DNA of 64,000 nt from Rubripirellula sp. (GCA_965216875.1 OZ244207.1:5728001-5792000), one strand, 5' to 3'. Counted from the first letter of the stretch, positions 49,160-59,917 are shown. Numbers and translations: made by a program. Notes: generated by a model not told the origin, from the sequence alone.

Positions 49160-50818
49160 CTAGAGCCCAAGCACCTCGGTGCCTTGCCGAAAGACGACAT
49201 CGACGGGAATTCCCTTCTCGTTCAGCCGGTCGAGTTCGCCTTGTAGCTGTGGTCCGATCACACCCTTTTCAGCAACCAGTTTCGACGCACCTTCGTAGTC
49301 TCCGTCGCCTTGCAGCGTCAGCAACACCGAAGACAAGTCTTCGGTCGCTTTGCGAAATTTGTCGATGTTCACCCGATACTTTCCATCGGCTTGACGCTCA
49401 AACGCACCCGCATCCCGAAAAAAGTTGAAACGAATCATGTTTGCTTTGCCGTGCGCACTCGATGCTCCAAAGCGAACACTTCGAAAGATGCCGGCCATGA
49501 AGGTGACGTAAAAATCGTCCAGGTCGGCCTCGACTTCGCCGCGTTGGTGAAGCTGGTTGATCATGTGCAGGCCAAGAATATCCGCCTTGCCCTCTTCGAT
49601 CGCACCAGCATGCTCCTTCAGTGCAGTGCGAACCGTTCCGTTGCCGTTGATCGTGTTCTTGATTCCTAGACCATGAGCCACTTCATGGAACATCGTGTTG
49701 CTAAAAAAAGCGTCAAATGTGATGTGATCACGTTGATCATCCGCAATCAACTGGTCAGCGATCGGCAGCAAGATTTTGTCGAATTTGGCGCGCATCGCAT
49801 TCTTGAGTTGTAATCGCCGCGTTCCTTTTTGGAGTTGAACTTGCTCGTCATTTGGCAAATTGATCGCGATCGTTTTGGAACCTGCGTTGCAGTCACCGGC
49901 GTAGTAGATGACGTCGTAAGCGTTCAGCTCGGTGTCGGTCCCGGGCTTTTCCCGACGATACTTTTCCGGAACGGGCAACGTGGCTTGCAGAGCGGGCAAG
50001 AACTGTGAGTACTTGGCTAGCCGGCCACTCCACTGCTTGTCCTTGACCAACACGAAGCACTCGTGACAGGTTTTGTACCCGTACAACTTGTCTTCATAGT
50101 TTTCGATCGGACCGATCACCACATCGATGGTGTTGTCGTGCATGTCCAACCAAGCAAGGTCGCTCGGTTGGTAATCGTCAGTCAACAGAGCTTGAGCGCG
50201 CAACATCAAGTAGCGTCGCAATCCTTGATCTTCGGCCAAATTCGCAGCTTGTCGCAGCAACTTCGATGCAGCGTCCATTTCCGTTGCAAACTGCGTTCGA
50301 TAAGGAACGACCTTGAGCTTTCCGTTGTCGTCACGTCGCACGAAGGTGTAGAGTCCGTCCTTGCCCGTTAGATCGGCGGACTCAAACTCCTCCTTGGTCA
50401 TATCGTGCGGGTAAAAGTTTGCCCCAGCCGGCTTTTGGGCAATGCCATCGACAAAAGAAGCGTTGTTATTGAGTCGGTCCCATGGCCCGTAGTTGATCTT
50501 GATAAAACGTCGAAGCGATCGATCCGCCGGCGAACCGCCTTGAATCGAAGCCAACAACTTCGTCTTGTCACCATACGCTTCGTACCAAAAACAGTCGTCC
50601 ATGATTTTCCCGGCCCGAATTAGGATCGGAATCATCTTCTTCTGCTTTTCGGTCAACACACTCAAGTCGGTTGTCAGCTCAACAACCGCGTACTGACCAA
50701 TCTTTTTGTCAATGGGCGATTGCCCATGTGCCGACGCACCCCATACCGCTGAAAACGACAGGACAAAAAGAAGGCGGGCGACAGACCACTTAACGAGGCG
50801 ATGAGTGTGCGAAGACAT
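49160..50818 (-). CDS. Dipeptidyl-peptidase III (M49)-like Zn peptidase, HEXXH type, exported
   Basis: GPIENYED, TIAINLPND, FHEVAHGLG, EEGKADILG. Confidence 0.85.
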   Translation of the reverse strand: MSSHTHRLVKWSVARLLFVLSFSAVWGASAHGQSPIDKKIGQYAVVELTTDLSVLTEKQKKMIPILIRAGKIMDDCFWYEAYGDKTKLLASIQGGSPADRSLRRFIKINYGPWDRLNNNASFVDGIAQKPAGANFYPHDMTKEEFESADLTGKDGLYTFVRRDDNGKLKVVPYRTQFATEMDAASKLLRQAANLAEDQGLRRYLMLRAQALLTDDYQPSDLAWLDMHDNTIDVVIGPIENYEDKLYGYKTCHECFVLVKDKQWSGRLAKYSQFLPALQATLPVPEKYRREKPGTDTELNAYDVIYYAGDCNAGSKTIAINLPNDEQVQLQKGTRRLQLKNAMRAKFDKILLPIADQLIADDQRDHITFDAFFSNTMFHEVAHGLGIKNTINGNGTVRTALKEHAGAIEEGKADILGLHMINQLHQRGEVEADLDDFYVTFMAGIFRSVRFGASSAHGKANMIRFNFFRDAGAFERQADGKYRVNIDKFRKATEDLSSVLLTLQGDGDYEGASKLVAEKGVIGPQLQGELDRLNEKGIPVDVVFRQGTEVLGL

Positions 50819-50943
50819 GTTGCTTGGTGGGCTTGGCGAAACCGAAGGTGACAGATCGTTGCTGAAAAGAATAACCGATCGAGTCACCTCAGCGACACAA
50901 GCACTCTTGCCTCAAGTGAGCAAGCATGTCGTCAGACGACGCC

Positions 50944-51516
50944 CTAAGCGGTTAGCTTCGCGGTCACTTCAGCAACGCTAGCGCCGATGCCGAGAACCGT
51001 TTCTTGCTGCCTTTGGTCGACCAACTGACCAGCATCGTCAAAAGCGTTGAATGCTTGGCCGATCGCGATTTGCTTTGGCAAGACGGTCACACCGATATTG
51101 CTGAGGATCGCGCGAAGATGCACCAACCCACGAAGGCCGCCCAAACCTCCCGGCGAGGCGGCTGCGATCCCAGCGACCTTGCTTTGGTAAGCAGCCAGAA
51201 TCGGCTCGCCCTCGTCGGGACGCGAAACCCAGTCGATCGTATTCTTCAGCAACGGCGAAAGGCTGCTGTTGTATTCGGGAGACGCAATCAGCAGCCCATC
51301 GTGATCCAGAAAAAGCTGCTTGAGTTTGCCGACATTCTCGGGACGGCCAGCCGATTCCAAATCTTCGTTGAAGATCGGCAGTGGGTAGTGCTTCAAATCG
51401 AGCACCGTCACCTCTGCTCCTGCGGCCCGTGCCCCCTCAGCCATCAACTTGACCAAACGAACGTTGAAGGAATCCGCACGTGAACTGCCTGCGAAAGCGA
51501 GAATCTTTGCCGCCAT
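50944..51516 (-). CDS. NADPH-dependent FMN reductase
   Basis: GSSRADSFN, ASPEYNSS, LKNTIDW, SPGGLGG. Confidence 0.92.
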   Translation of the reverse strand: MAAKILAFAGSSRADSFNVRLVKLMAEGARAAGAEVTVLDLKHYPLPIFNEDLESAGRPENVGKLKQLFLDHDGLLIASPEYNSSLSPLLKNTIDWVSRPDEGEPILAAYQSKVAGIAAASPGGLGGLRGLVHLRAILSNIGVTVLPKQIAIGQAFNAFDDAGQLVDQRQQETVLGIGASVAEVTAKLTA

Positions 51517-51759
51517 CGTTTTTTATCCTTTGATGGAGTTTTGTATCAATCCGAATCGCGACCGCCTGGGGACGGAATTGTAGCGGCGCTGCAACGGCCC
51601 GGACTGAGAACGGGACCAGGTCATTGGAACTGGGCCTTTCGGTCGGGACCTATCCAAACGTCGCGGTTGTTTACGTGCGGCGGCTGAAGGATACTTGTTC
51701 GACTGAACTAACCTTCTACTCTCCCACCACGCCACCTCGCAAGAACCTATCAAACTCCG

Positions 51760-53649
51760 ATGAAACGACTCCCTGCATTGATTGTTCTCGTTGCCGCGCT
51801 CGCCCCGAGCGGCCTTTTCGCTGAAGAAAACCAACTCAGCCGCGCCGAAACGCTTGGCGGCTGGGAACTGCTGTTCGACGGGAAAACGTCGAACGGTTGG
51901 CGAAATTACAAAAAGGACTCCATCTCCGACGGATGGAAAGTGGTCGACGGCGCGATCGTCCGCAGTGCCCGAGGTGCAGGCGACATCATCACCGAAAAGA
52001 AGTACGGCGAATTTGAACTCTCACTCGAATACAGAATCAGCAAGGGTGGCAACAGTGGTGTGATGTTCCACGTGACCGAACAGAACGGTGCCCCCTGGCA
52101 TTCGGGACCTGAGATTCAAGTCCAAGACAATGTCGATGGGCACGATCCCCAAAAAGCGGGCTGGTTGTATCAGCTCTATCAGCCTGGAAAAGATGCCGGC
52201 GGCAATCTTGTCGACGCAACCCGACCCGCCGGCCAATGGAACCAACTCTATATTCGCATCTCCAAAGACCAATCCGAAGTCTGCATGAACGGCGTGCGGT
52301 ACTATCGGTTCAAACTCGGCAGCAAAGACTGGCAAGGTCGCGTTGCTAAAAGCAAGTTCGCAAAGTTCGAAGGCTTTGGATCGGCGGGCGAAGGACACAT
52401 CTGCCTGCAAGATCACGGAAACGAAGTCGCTTACCGCAACATCAAGGTCCGCGAACTTGGCCCAGGCGGATCAGTCCCTGCACCCATCGACGGCAAATTG
52501 GATTTGCCAAGCACCAATGCTTTCCCCAATCTCGTTTGGGACAACTGGCAGGCGATTGACGATTCAGGCGTTTCCCGTCCGCTGCGTTTGATGGAACTCA
52601 CGCACGTAAACGGCGACGACCGCCTGTTCGCTGCTTCGCAACAGGGCGCGATTTGGGCATTTAAGAACGATCCCAACGTAACGAAGTCTCACATGGTGCT
52701 TGATCTTCGTGGCAAGGTTTACGACTGGCGCAATCGCGGTGCAAACGAACAAGGCTTGCTCGGCCTCGCGCTACATCCCAAGTTCAAGTCGAACGGACAC
52801 TTCTATGTCTACTATTCGCACCCCAGCGAAGAAAAGTCTGTCGTTTCCCGTTTCACGATTTCTTCGGATGATCCCAACCGAGCCGATCCGGCATCGGAAC
52901 AAATCGTGATGGAAATTGACCAACCGTTCCAGAACCACAACGGCGGTGCGATTGAGTTTGGGCCCGACGGATACCTTTACATCGCCCTTGGCGACGGTGG
53001 ATTCCGAAACGACCCCAACGCGAATGGCCAAAACATCGAAACGCTGCTCGGATCGATTCTTCGGATCGACGTCGACAGCAAATCCGACGGCAAGAACTAT
53101 GGCATCCCAAGTGACAACCCATTCGTTGGTGTCGACGGAGCTCGTGGCGAAATCTACGCGATCGGAATCCGCAACGCATGGCGCATCGGCTTTGACAAAA
53201 AGACTGGTCTGCTCTGGTGCGCGGATGTTGGTCAAGAACTGTGGGAAGAGATCAACATCATCACCAAGGGTGGCAACTATGGCTGGAGCAACCGCGAAGG
53301 CACTCATGCGTTTGGCAACCGGCCCAACGTTGAAAGCGCTGGCAAGCCGATCGATCCCGTTTGGGAATACGATCACCGCGTCGGACGTTCGATCACCGGC
53401 GGACGCGTCTACAACAGCTCACGCGTGCCAAGCCTGACCGGCAAGTACCTCTACGCCGACTACGTGACCGGAACAGTCTGGGCATTGAGCTACGACGTCG
53501 AATCGGGCAAAGCGACGCACAATGAAATGGTTTTGCCCAAGAGCATCCCCGTGCTCGCGTTCGGCGAAGACCAAACGGGCGAAGTCTACTACCTGACCGA
53601 GAATGCCCGTGGTCACTGCATCAACCGATTCGACGCAGCCACGAAGTAG
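51760..53649 (+). CDS. DUF1080 + glucose/sorbosone (PQQ-dependent sugar) dehydrogenase fusion
   Basis: LFDGKT..GW, NSGV, LQDHG; then EQGLLGLALHP, NHNGG, FGPDGYLYIALGDGG, GIRNAWR, GGNYGW. Confidence 0.9.
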   Translation: MKRLPALIVLVAALAPSGLFAEENQLSRAETLGGWELLFDGKTSNGWRNYKKDSISDGWKVVDGAIVRSARGAGDIITEKKYGEFELSLEYRISKGGNSGVMFHVTEQNGAPWHSGPEIQVQDNVDGHDPQKAGWLYQLYQPGKDAGGNLVDATRPAGQWNQLYIRISKDQSEVCMNGVRYYRFKLGSKDWQGRVAKSKFAKFEGFGSAGEGHICLQDHGNEVAYRNIKVRELGPGGSVPAPIDGKLDLPSTNAFPNLVWDNWQAIDDSGVSRPLRLMELTHVNGDDRLFAASQQGAIWAFKNDPNVTKSHMVLDLRGKVYDWRNRGANEQGLLGLALHPKFKSNGHFYVYYSHPSEEKSVVSRFTISSDDPNRADPASEQIVMEIDQPFQNHNGGAIEFGPDGYLYIALGDGGFRNDPNANGQNIETLLGSILRIDVDSKSDGKNYGIPSDNPFVGVDGARGEIYAIGIRNAWRIGFDKKTGLLWCADVGQELWEEINIITKGGNYGWSNREGTHAFGNRPNVESAGKPIDPVWEYDHRVGRSITGGRVYNSSRVPSLTGKYLYADYVTGTVWALSYDVESGKATHNEMVLPKSIPVLAFGEDQTGEVYYLTENARGHCINRFDAATK

Positions 53650-53661
53650 CCGAGTTCACGC

Positions 53662-53832
53662 GTAGGTCATGCAGCCCGTTCGTAGTACCGAGCTTTAGCC
53701 GGAATCTTTAGGCGTTTCCGCCTAAAGGCGGTACTACGAACTGCGAATCGATGAGCCGTGATCGCGTAAGCGGCCGGGCTTTCTACCCTCGCACGAACTG
53801 CAAAGGCCCGAGGCCAAGAGGCCAGCGGCACA
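53662..53832. repeat. REP cluster: partial family B, GTAGTAC doublet (53679-53740), family E doublet (53752-53832)
   Basis: ttcgtagtaccg...cggtactacgaa perfect 12-bp inverted arms; other units match elsewhere in the window. Confidence 0.75.
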
Positions 53833-53873
53833 CGTGCGCGAATGCAGACCACTGGAACGTGGCCAGATCCGTT

Positions 53874-55103
53874 CTAGTTCGAAACCAAGAACAACTCGGA
53901 CTTGCTTCTGAGGATCATCTCGTTGCCGACGACGGCGGGGGATGCCATGAAACCGTCGCCGAGTTTGGTTTCGGCGAGCTCTTCGTACTTGTCGCCTGGC
54001 TTGATGGTGAGCACCGTCCCCTCCGTGCTGAACATGTAAATGCGACCGCCAGCATAGATCGGCGAGGCCGCAAACTCACCACCGGCGCGTCGTTGCCAGA
54101 CCACGTCGCCCGTCTTGGGATCGCGTGCCGACACAACGCCATCGTCGCTGTTCATGTACAGCAATCCGTCGACAAGCAATTGCGATGATTTCTTCGCGAC
54201 GCCTTTACGTCCCGACCACTCAATGTGAGTGCCGGTGACGTCGCCTTTTCCGTCAGGTCGAACTGCGACCATCGATCCCATGCCGTTGGTGATGAAGACC
54301 AAACCGTCGCTATACAACGGACGGGCCGATGCATTCATGCCATCGTGGTAGGCGATCCAAAGTTTCTTGCCATCGGCGGGATCATAAGCAATCGTGGCAA
54401 CCGCACTTGGGTAAACGAGTTGCTTCTTGCCGTTGACGTCAATCACATGAGCCGTGCAATAGGCTTTCATTCGATCGCCGTTGTCAGTCCCATAATCGAT
54501 GTCGCGTTGTTTCAGCCAAACGGTGTCACCCGTTTCCTTGTCCAATGCAACCACGTACTGCACATCAAACCCATCGTAGGCAACAAATAGCTTGCCGTCG
54601 AAAAGGATCGGTGACGACGCTGGACCACGATGATGGTCGCATTCCAAGTCCTCACGTGACCAGATCACGTCGGCCGTCTTTGCATCCAAGCACGCCGTCA
54701 GGTAGCTGCCAAAATGAACGTAGACGCGTCCATGCTCAACCACGGGCGTTGGTGTCGCATAGCTGTTCATCGCGTGGCAAAACGCTGGCTCTTCGTTTTC
54801 CAGCAGCACTTTGTCCAAGACGATATCACCACTCTTTCGGTCGACGCAGATGACCGACATCTTCGTGCCATCTTCGGTTGCCGTCGTCAACCAAATCTGG
54901 TCATCCCAAACGACGGGTGACGACCAACCCTTGCCATGAATGGGTGTCTTCCATTTCACAACGCGTTCATTGATGCTGACCGGCAAGTCGGCGTCGACCG
55001 CATGACCATCGCCCGAAGGCCCACGGTACTCTGGCCAGTTGGCATTTGCTGAGGCAGCAACGAACAAGACGATTCCAAGAGTGGCGATCAGATTTCGCGT
55101 CAC
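53874..55103 (-). CDS. PQQ-like beta-propeller (BamB-like) protein
   Basis: NWPEYRGP, GKGWSSPVV, NSYATPTP, GPASSP, MASPAV. Confidence 0.9.
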   Translation of the reverse strand: MTRNLIATLGIVLFVAASANANWPEYRGPSGDGHAVDADLPVSINERVVKWKTPIHGKGWSSPVVWDDQIWLTTATEDGTKMSVICVDRKSGDIVLDKVLLENEEPAFCHAMNSYATPTPVVEHGRVYVHFGSYLTACLDAKTADVIWSREDLECDHHRGPASSPILFDGKLFVAYDGFDVQYVVALDKETGDTVWLKQRDIDYGTDNGDRMKAYCTAHVIDVNGKKQLVYPSAVATIAYDPADGKKLWIAYHDGMNASARPLYSDGLVFITNGMGSMVAVRPDGKGDVTGTHIEWSGRKGVAKKSSQLLVDGLLYMNSDDGVVSARDPKTGDVVWQRRAGGEFAASPIYAGGRIYMFSTEGTVLTIKPGDKYEELAETKLGDGFMASPAVVGNEMILRSKSELFLVSN

Positions 55104-55212
55104 GTTTTTACTCGGCGATGTTTTAAGGCGGGAAGCTGTCAGGCGGCGTAACGTCAGGCATGATAGGCCGACGCTCGACCGATCTCAACACACAATCCGA
55201 GCGGGTGTCCGT

Positions 55213-56670
55213 TCAACCACCGCCACCGGCGTCTTCATCGGAGAGCGACTTCAGATCGGCTCGTGAATCCTCATAGGTTTCACAAAACGCCATCGCTTGC
55301 GGGTCGGGATCCACACCCCAGTGCGAACACGCTTTTTCGTAGATCTCTGGCCACCAGTTACGGTGCTCGGTAAGGCCTTGGTCTTTGTAGTCGCGCCAAT
55401 GACTCAACACTTTCGACCAACATCGATCACCATAATCCATTGCTTCGTTTAGCGAATCGAACTTGGGTACGTACCAACGTCGTCCGATTTGGGCATGTAA
55501 CACTTCGTCGGCCCAATCGAAATCCTGAAACAGTTTCGAGAGCGAGTCGCCACTTTCGGTCGCCACTTCCCATTCGTAGCGTTTTCCTGTTCGAGGCATC
55601 AATCCTTGTTCGATGAAGAACAAGACGCCATGACGTTCGCGCGCGTCAAGCTGCAGATTGAGATTACGAGACCATGTGAAGTTAATGGGGATTTCTCTCC
55701 AGTCGATTCCTTGAGAAACGAAACCGACTTCACCCATCATCGCATGCCTGGCTTCATCCCAAAGCTGACGTGACATTTCCATGTGAAACGCCCAGGGTTC
55801 GTCCTCTCGCAATTCGACGAGAATGCTGGCCATCATCTCGGGCACGTCAAGTTCGCGGAGACGTTTGTAGTACATCATCAACGTCTTATCGCGCGGCGAA
55901 AAACGCTCGTCGTACAGAAAGGACTCCGGATTCACACCCGCGTTGAATGGATCATGAAAGCGATCGTCGCGTTTCGGCTCGGATTCGTATTGATAGGACG
56001 TGATGCCTTCGATCGAATCCGGTAACGCGTTCTCTGGCAACTCTGTCTCTGGGTCCGTACCGCCCAGGCCACCTGCCGCTGAAAGGCACTGCTGCAAATG
56101 GTCCGTCCATGGCTCGGCAACCGCGCCGTCGTCAACAAGTTGTTCAATGGCCACGTCGCCAAACTCAATCAATTCCCCGAGTTCAAAGGCGATCAGTTTG
56201 GCGACGCGCGCGGTCGGCGCATCGGCCAGCGGGTGTGCCTCTTCTTGCAAATCGACGCACGCCTGAATCACTTCGGGGAGCACGATGCGATAGAGTCCCA
56301 TCAAATAATGCTCGGTCGTCGGCGCTGACGAAACAGCATCCATCAGCAGCTGCAGCCCCGCGTGAGGAATCTTGTCGAGCCCAAGTGGCGGCTCGCGCAT
56401 TTCGCCTACACGACGACGAATCAAATCAACCTGTTCGGCGCACAAATACGCGTGATAACTAAACGCGGTCTTGAGCTCGTAAATTGGCTCACCGGTGATC
56501 CGTTCGGTAAGTGATTCGTGCAGTCGCCGCAGCACGTAGTGCAAACGTTTGAGTCGGCCGACGCTCTCGTCAAGGCTCCACTCGCTTTGAATGGCGCGCG
56601 ACATTTCACAGAGGCCCGCCAACTGCGGCAGGCCTCGATAGGATTCTTCACCCGTAAAGGTTGCGTTCAT
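55213..56670 (-). CDS. Ferritin-like (DUF455-related) protein, probably two four-helix domains
   Basis: RELDVPE, WDEARH, IEQG, ADEVLH diiron-type ligand pattern; start placed at MNATF. Confidence 0.7.
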   Translation of the reverse strand: MNATFTGEESYRGLPQLAGLCEMSRAIQSEWSLDESVGRLKRLHYVLRRLHESLTERITGEPIYELKTAFSYHAYLCAEQVDLIRRRVGEMREPPLGLDKIPHAGLQLLMDAVSSAPTTEHYLMGLYRIVLPEVIQACVDLQEEAHPLADAPTARVAKLIAFELGELIEFGDVAIEQLVDDGAVAEPWTDHLQQCLSAAGGLGGTDPETELPENALPDSIEGITSYQYESEPKRDDRFHDPFNAGVNPESFLYDERFSPRDKTLMMYYKRLRELDVPEMMASILVELREDEPWAFHMEMSRQLWDEARHAMMGEVGFVSQGIDWREIPINFTWSRNLNLQLDARERHGVLFFIEQGLMPRTGKRYEWEVATESGDSLSKLFQDFDWADEVLHAQIGRRWYVPKFDSLNEAMDYGDRCWSKVLSHWRDYKDQGLTEHRNWWPEIYEKACSHWGVDPDPQAMAFCETYEDSRADLKSLSDEDAGGGG

Positions 56671-56783
56671 GATCTGGCTGGTGTTGGTGGTTCGATGCAA
56701 CACCGCCATTTTAACGTAGCGTGCGTGTCTCCACGCACGGTGAGAAAAGAGGTGTGTCCAAACACACACCCAAAGCACACAAG

Positions 56784-58328
56784 CTATCGGCCGCCGGTCG
56801 ACGCCCCCTCCCAGCCTTGCAGCGGTCCGACACGATCACCGATCGCAATCTTGCTGTCGGCTGTCAGATCGATAATGCGAGCGATCGCATTGTTGGCTTC
56901 GACTCCGATCACTTCGACGCGGCCGACCAAACGATTGTCACGAATCACCGCCATCTGATCCCCTTTTTTGATCCCGTCATCGCTTCCAACGCTAAACGTG
57001 ATTCTCTGCTGAGATCCGTCGAGAACGGTGATTGTCCCGTGAACCTTGCCCGCTGCGGATGGCGGCTGTGCCGAATCACGGATCTCTTTCATCATGTCGG
57101 CGACACGATTCACGTCTTCATCCTTGCCTCGCAGGACGAACACTCCAAGGTCTTCGATCGCTTCGATTTGCACACTGTCGCTTAGGCCCTTTTCAACTGC
57201 TTCGACCGCCCGCTTGGTGATTTCATCGCGACTGATTGGCTCGACTTGCGCTGCGGTCTCGTTTGAATCAACGAGCCAGCTGAGGTCTTCACCCTTGAGC
57301 AAATCATCGACACGACGATGAATGATCCGATCGGCGATGCGATCGCGTTCTCGCAGGCGGCGCTCGACCGATTCGATCTGCTTCTTCACCCGATCGATTT
57401 CGTATTTCTTCAGTTTCTTGCGCAGACTGTACGCTGTCTCGACATGTTGCTTGACCTTGCTCTCGTAGTCGGCGAGCGTCTCCTTGCTAGGTTTCTCCTT
57501 TGACTGCTCCTGACGCCAGCGTCTTGCGACCGTGGCCGCCATCCTTTCATTCTTTTCGTAGGCCTGACGCGTCAATGATTCCGAACCGGGAAGGTCATTC
57601 TCGAGTGCCTGCTGAGATCTCAAAAACTCGATACTCCGCTGGACCGTGCGCACGCTGGGGTGCTGATCGCCGAATCGGAGCCGTAGCTCATTTCGCGTTT
57701 GTTCAAATTCGCGCAGCTGTGCTTCGGTTTCTTCACGCTTTTCATTGCCAGGTTCTCGAGCGTCGTCAAGTCGCATCAAGAGCGATTCGACTTCTTCAAG
57801 ATCATCTTTCGTCCCGCGGACAAGGATCGAATTCGTGCGTTGGTCCGCGGCGAGCGAAAGTCGCTCACGTTTGAATCCAAGATCCCCAAGCACACCGAGC
57901 ACACCCAACGCGTCGGAATAGCGAAGGTTGAAAACCCTTACCATCTGATGTGCCTTCAACGCGGATTCGTTCGCCTGGCGTTTTTCCATGGCTTCGCGTT
58001 CGTCGCGTCGGTCCCTCTCAATCGCACGTTGCCGTTCGTGATGCATCGCCGCAGTCTTTTCGAGGTCTTCAACGAACTCTTGGACCTCAGGAATCAGACT
58101 TTCCGGGACTCGGCCGTAAACCGTGTTGGTGTTTTCGCTTGCCGAAAATTTCACGACGTTCAAAAACTGTTCGTTCAAGATCAACGAAACCTCATTCGCA
58201 TCCGCCTGACTCAGGTTGAACGAGAGGATCTTGAACTTTGAAAAAGGTTCCGTTTGTGCCCGAGCAGATTGACAGGGAACGACGGCTGCCATCGCCAGCA
58301 ACAAAATTCCAAGAATCAAGGATCGCAT
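56784..58328 (-). CDS. Exported protein with secretin N-terminal (NolW-like) repeats and coiled coil
   Basis: Signal peptide; FNLSQADA, VFNLRYSDA, ADQRTNSILVRG, LGVFVLRG..EDV..V motifs. Confidence 0.75.
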   Translation of the reverse strand: MRSLILGILLLAMAAVVPCQSARAQTEPFSKFKILSFNLSQADANEVSLILNEQFLNVVKFSASENTNTVYGRVPESLIPEVQEFVEDLEKTAAMHHERQRAIERDRRDEREAMEKRQANESALKAHQMVRVFNLRYSDALGVLGVLGDLGFKRERLSLAADQRTNSILVRGTKDDLEEVESLLMRLDDAREPGNEKREETEAQLREFEQTRNELRLRFGDQHPSVRTVQRSIEFLRSQQALENDLPGSESLTRQAYEKNERMAATVARRWRQEQSKEKPSKETLADYESKVKQHVETAYSLRKKLKKYEIDRVKKQIESVERRLRERDRIADRIIHRRVDDLLKGEDLSWLVDSNETAAQVEPISRDEITKRAVEAVEKGLSDSVQIEAIEDLGVFVLRGKDEDVNRVADMMKEIRDSAQPPSAAGKVHGTITVLDGSQQRITFSVGSDDGIKKGDQMAVIRDNRLVGRVEVIGVEANNAIARIIDLTADSKIAIGDRVGPLQGWEGASTGGR

Positions 58329-58375
58329 GAAGGTCTCTCGCGTAGACGAAGTACGGTTTAGATGTCTAGTGTGGT

Positions 58376-59917
58376 CTAGTCGTCAAGCAATGGAGTGGCT
58401 TGCTCTGAGTTCGGTCCCCAATCAAACGATCGGCGCGTGTCTTTTTCGAGCGAATCGATCAGGACCTGAATCGACTCGATCGATGGCTCGGGCTTGGCCT
58501 CCCACCCGACGTTCATTTCGTCCGGTGGATCGATCACTGCGCCCGCCGCCGAATCGGATGAGTTTTCTTGTTGCGAACCTTGGCCAAACAAGTTGTCCGT
58601 TGCAGCTTTGACCTCTTGATCTTGTTCACTTTTCGTTCCAGCAAGGTTGCCAAACGAAAACCAAACCAGCCAAATGGTGACTGCTACGCCGAGACAAGCG
58701 AGCAACTTAAGTGTCAACGGCTTGCCAGAAGTGGGTCGCAACAACTCACTTGGCAGACTTGCGTTTGGCGTTTGGACATGAGCCAAACACTGCTGCAGTA
58801 CGCCGGCCACCGCATCGGCAGATTGATAGCGATCCTCGGCCGATTTGGCGTGCAACTTGTCAATCAGGTTGCACAACCAAACAGGAATCTCGGAATTGAT
58901 TTCTCGAATCGGTCGCGCAGGTTGGTCCGTAATGCGACGCAAAATGCCGTAGGGCGTCTCGGCTCGAAACGGAGCCCGTCCCGTGCACATTGCGTACATC
59001 ACGCTACCGAGGCTGAAGAGGTCGCTTCGACCATCGATTGCGTCTCCGCGAGCTTGTTCAGGTGACATGTATTGAGGCGTGCCCGCCAAGACGCCGCTAT
59101 GCGTCAACGTTGCATCATCGACGGCACGCGCAAGTCCAAAGTCGGTGATCGAAACACGCTCGACACTTTCTTCCAACAGGATATTGGCTGGCTTGATGTC
59201 GCGATGCACAAGACCTTGAGCGTGTGCGGCGGCGAGCCCTTCGACGATTTGCGACGCGACACGAAGAATCTCCGCAACCTCCATCGGGCCATCACGATCG
59301 ATTCGTGTTTGCAACGAAGTTCCGCGCACGTAGGGCATGACGAGAAACGGCAAGCTGCCACTTCCATCACCATCGGAAACGCCGTGGATCGCGACAACAT
59401 TGGGATGCAAAACGGCAGCGGCCGCCTTGGCCTCACGCGCAAACCGCCGGCGTGCCGGACCGCTGCTGGCCAAATGCGGAGCCATCACCTTGATCGCGAT
59501 CGTTCGATCGAGTGAGCGGTCAAGCGCCTTGAGCACAACGCCCATGCCGCCGGCACCAATCACACCTGACACTTCGTAACCACCGAGACGGCCCAACATA
59601 TTGGGATCGTCAGTGGGAGCGAGTGAACCGAGCACGCCCTGCATCGCGATCGGAAACTCGGACGCATCAAGAACGGCGTCCCGCTTCTTTGCAGTTGGCG
59701 AAATGTCGAACGATGACTCCGCGTCAAACCGCTCAACCTTCAAGAGTTGGCTTGTCTCTTCGACCGTGCCCATCGACTGAGTATCAATTTCGGCTCTGCA
59801 GCGAGGACACCCGTCGAGGTGTTCGGACAATCGTGACTGCTGGACATCGCTAATTTCGCCCGAGATCAACGCATCGATCAGGGTTGCATCGCAATGAGGT
59901 TGGCTTGAGTTTGTCAT
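58376..59917 (-). CDS. Ser/Thr protein kinase with N-terminal zinc-binding anti-sigma (ZAS) motif and TM segment
   Basis: HLDGCPRC; IGAGGMGVV, HRDIKPANIL, DFGLAR, GTPQYMSPEQ; TM LLACLGVAVTIWLVWF. Confidence 0.95.
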   Translation of the reverse strand: MTNSSQPHCDATLIDALISGEISDVQQSRLSEHLDGCPRCRAEIDTQSMGTVEETSQLLKVERFDAESSFDISPTAKKRDAVLDASEFPIAMQGVLGSLAPTDDPNMLGRLGGYEVSGVIGAGGMGVVLKALDRSLDRTIAIKVMAPHLASSGPARRRFAREAKAAAAVLHPNVVAIHGVSDGDGSGSLPFLVMPYVRGTSLQTRIDRDGPMEVAEILRVASQIVEGLAAAHAQGLVHRDIKPANILLEESVERVSITDFGLARAVDDATLTHSGVLAGTPQYMSPEQARGDAIDGRSDLFSLGSVMYAMCTGRAPFRAETPYGILRRITDQPARPIREINSEIPVWLCNLIDKLHAKSAEDRYQSADAVAGVLQQCLAHVQTPNASLPSELLRPTSGKPLTLKLLACLGVAVTIWLVWFSFGNLAGTKSEQDQEVKAATDNLFGQGSQQENSSDSAAGAVIDPPDEMNVGWEAKPEPSIESIQVLIDSLEKDTRRSFDWGPNSEQATPLLDD

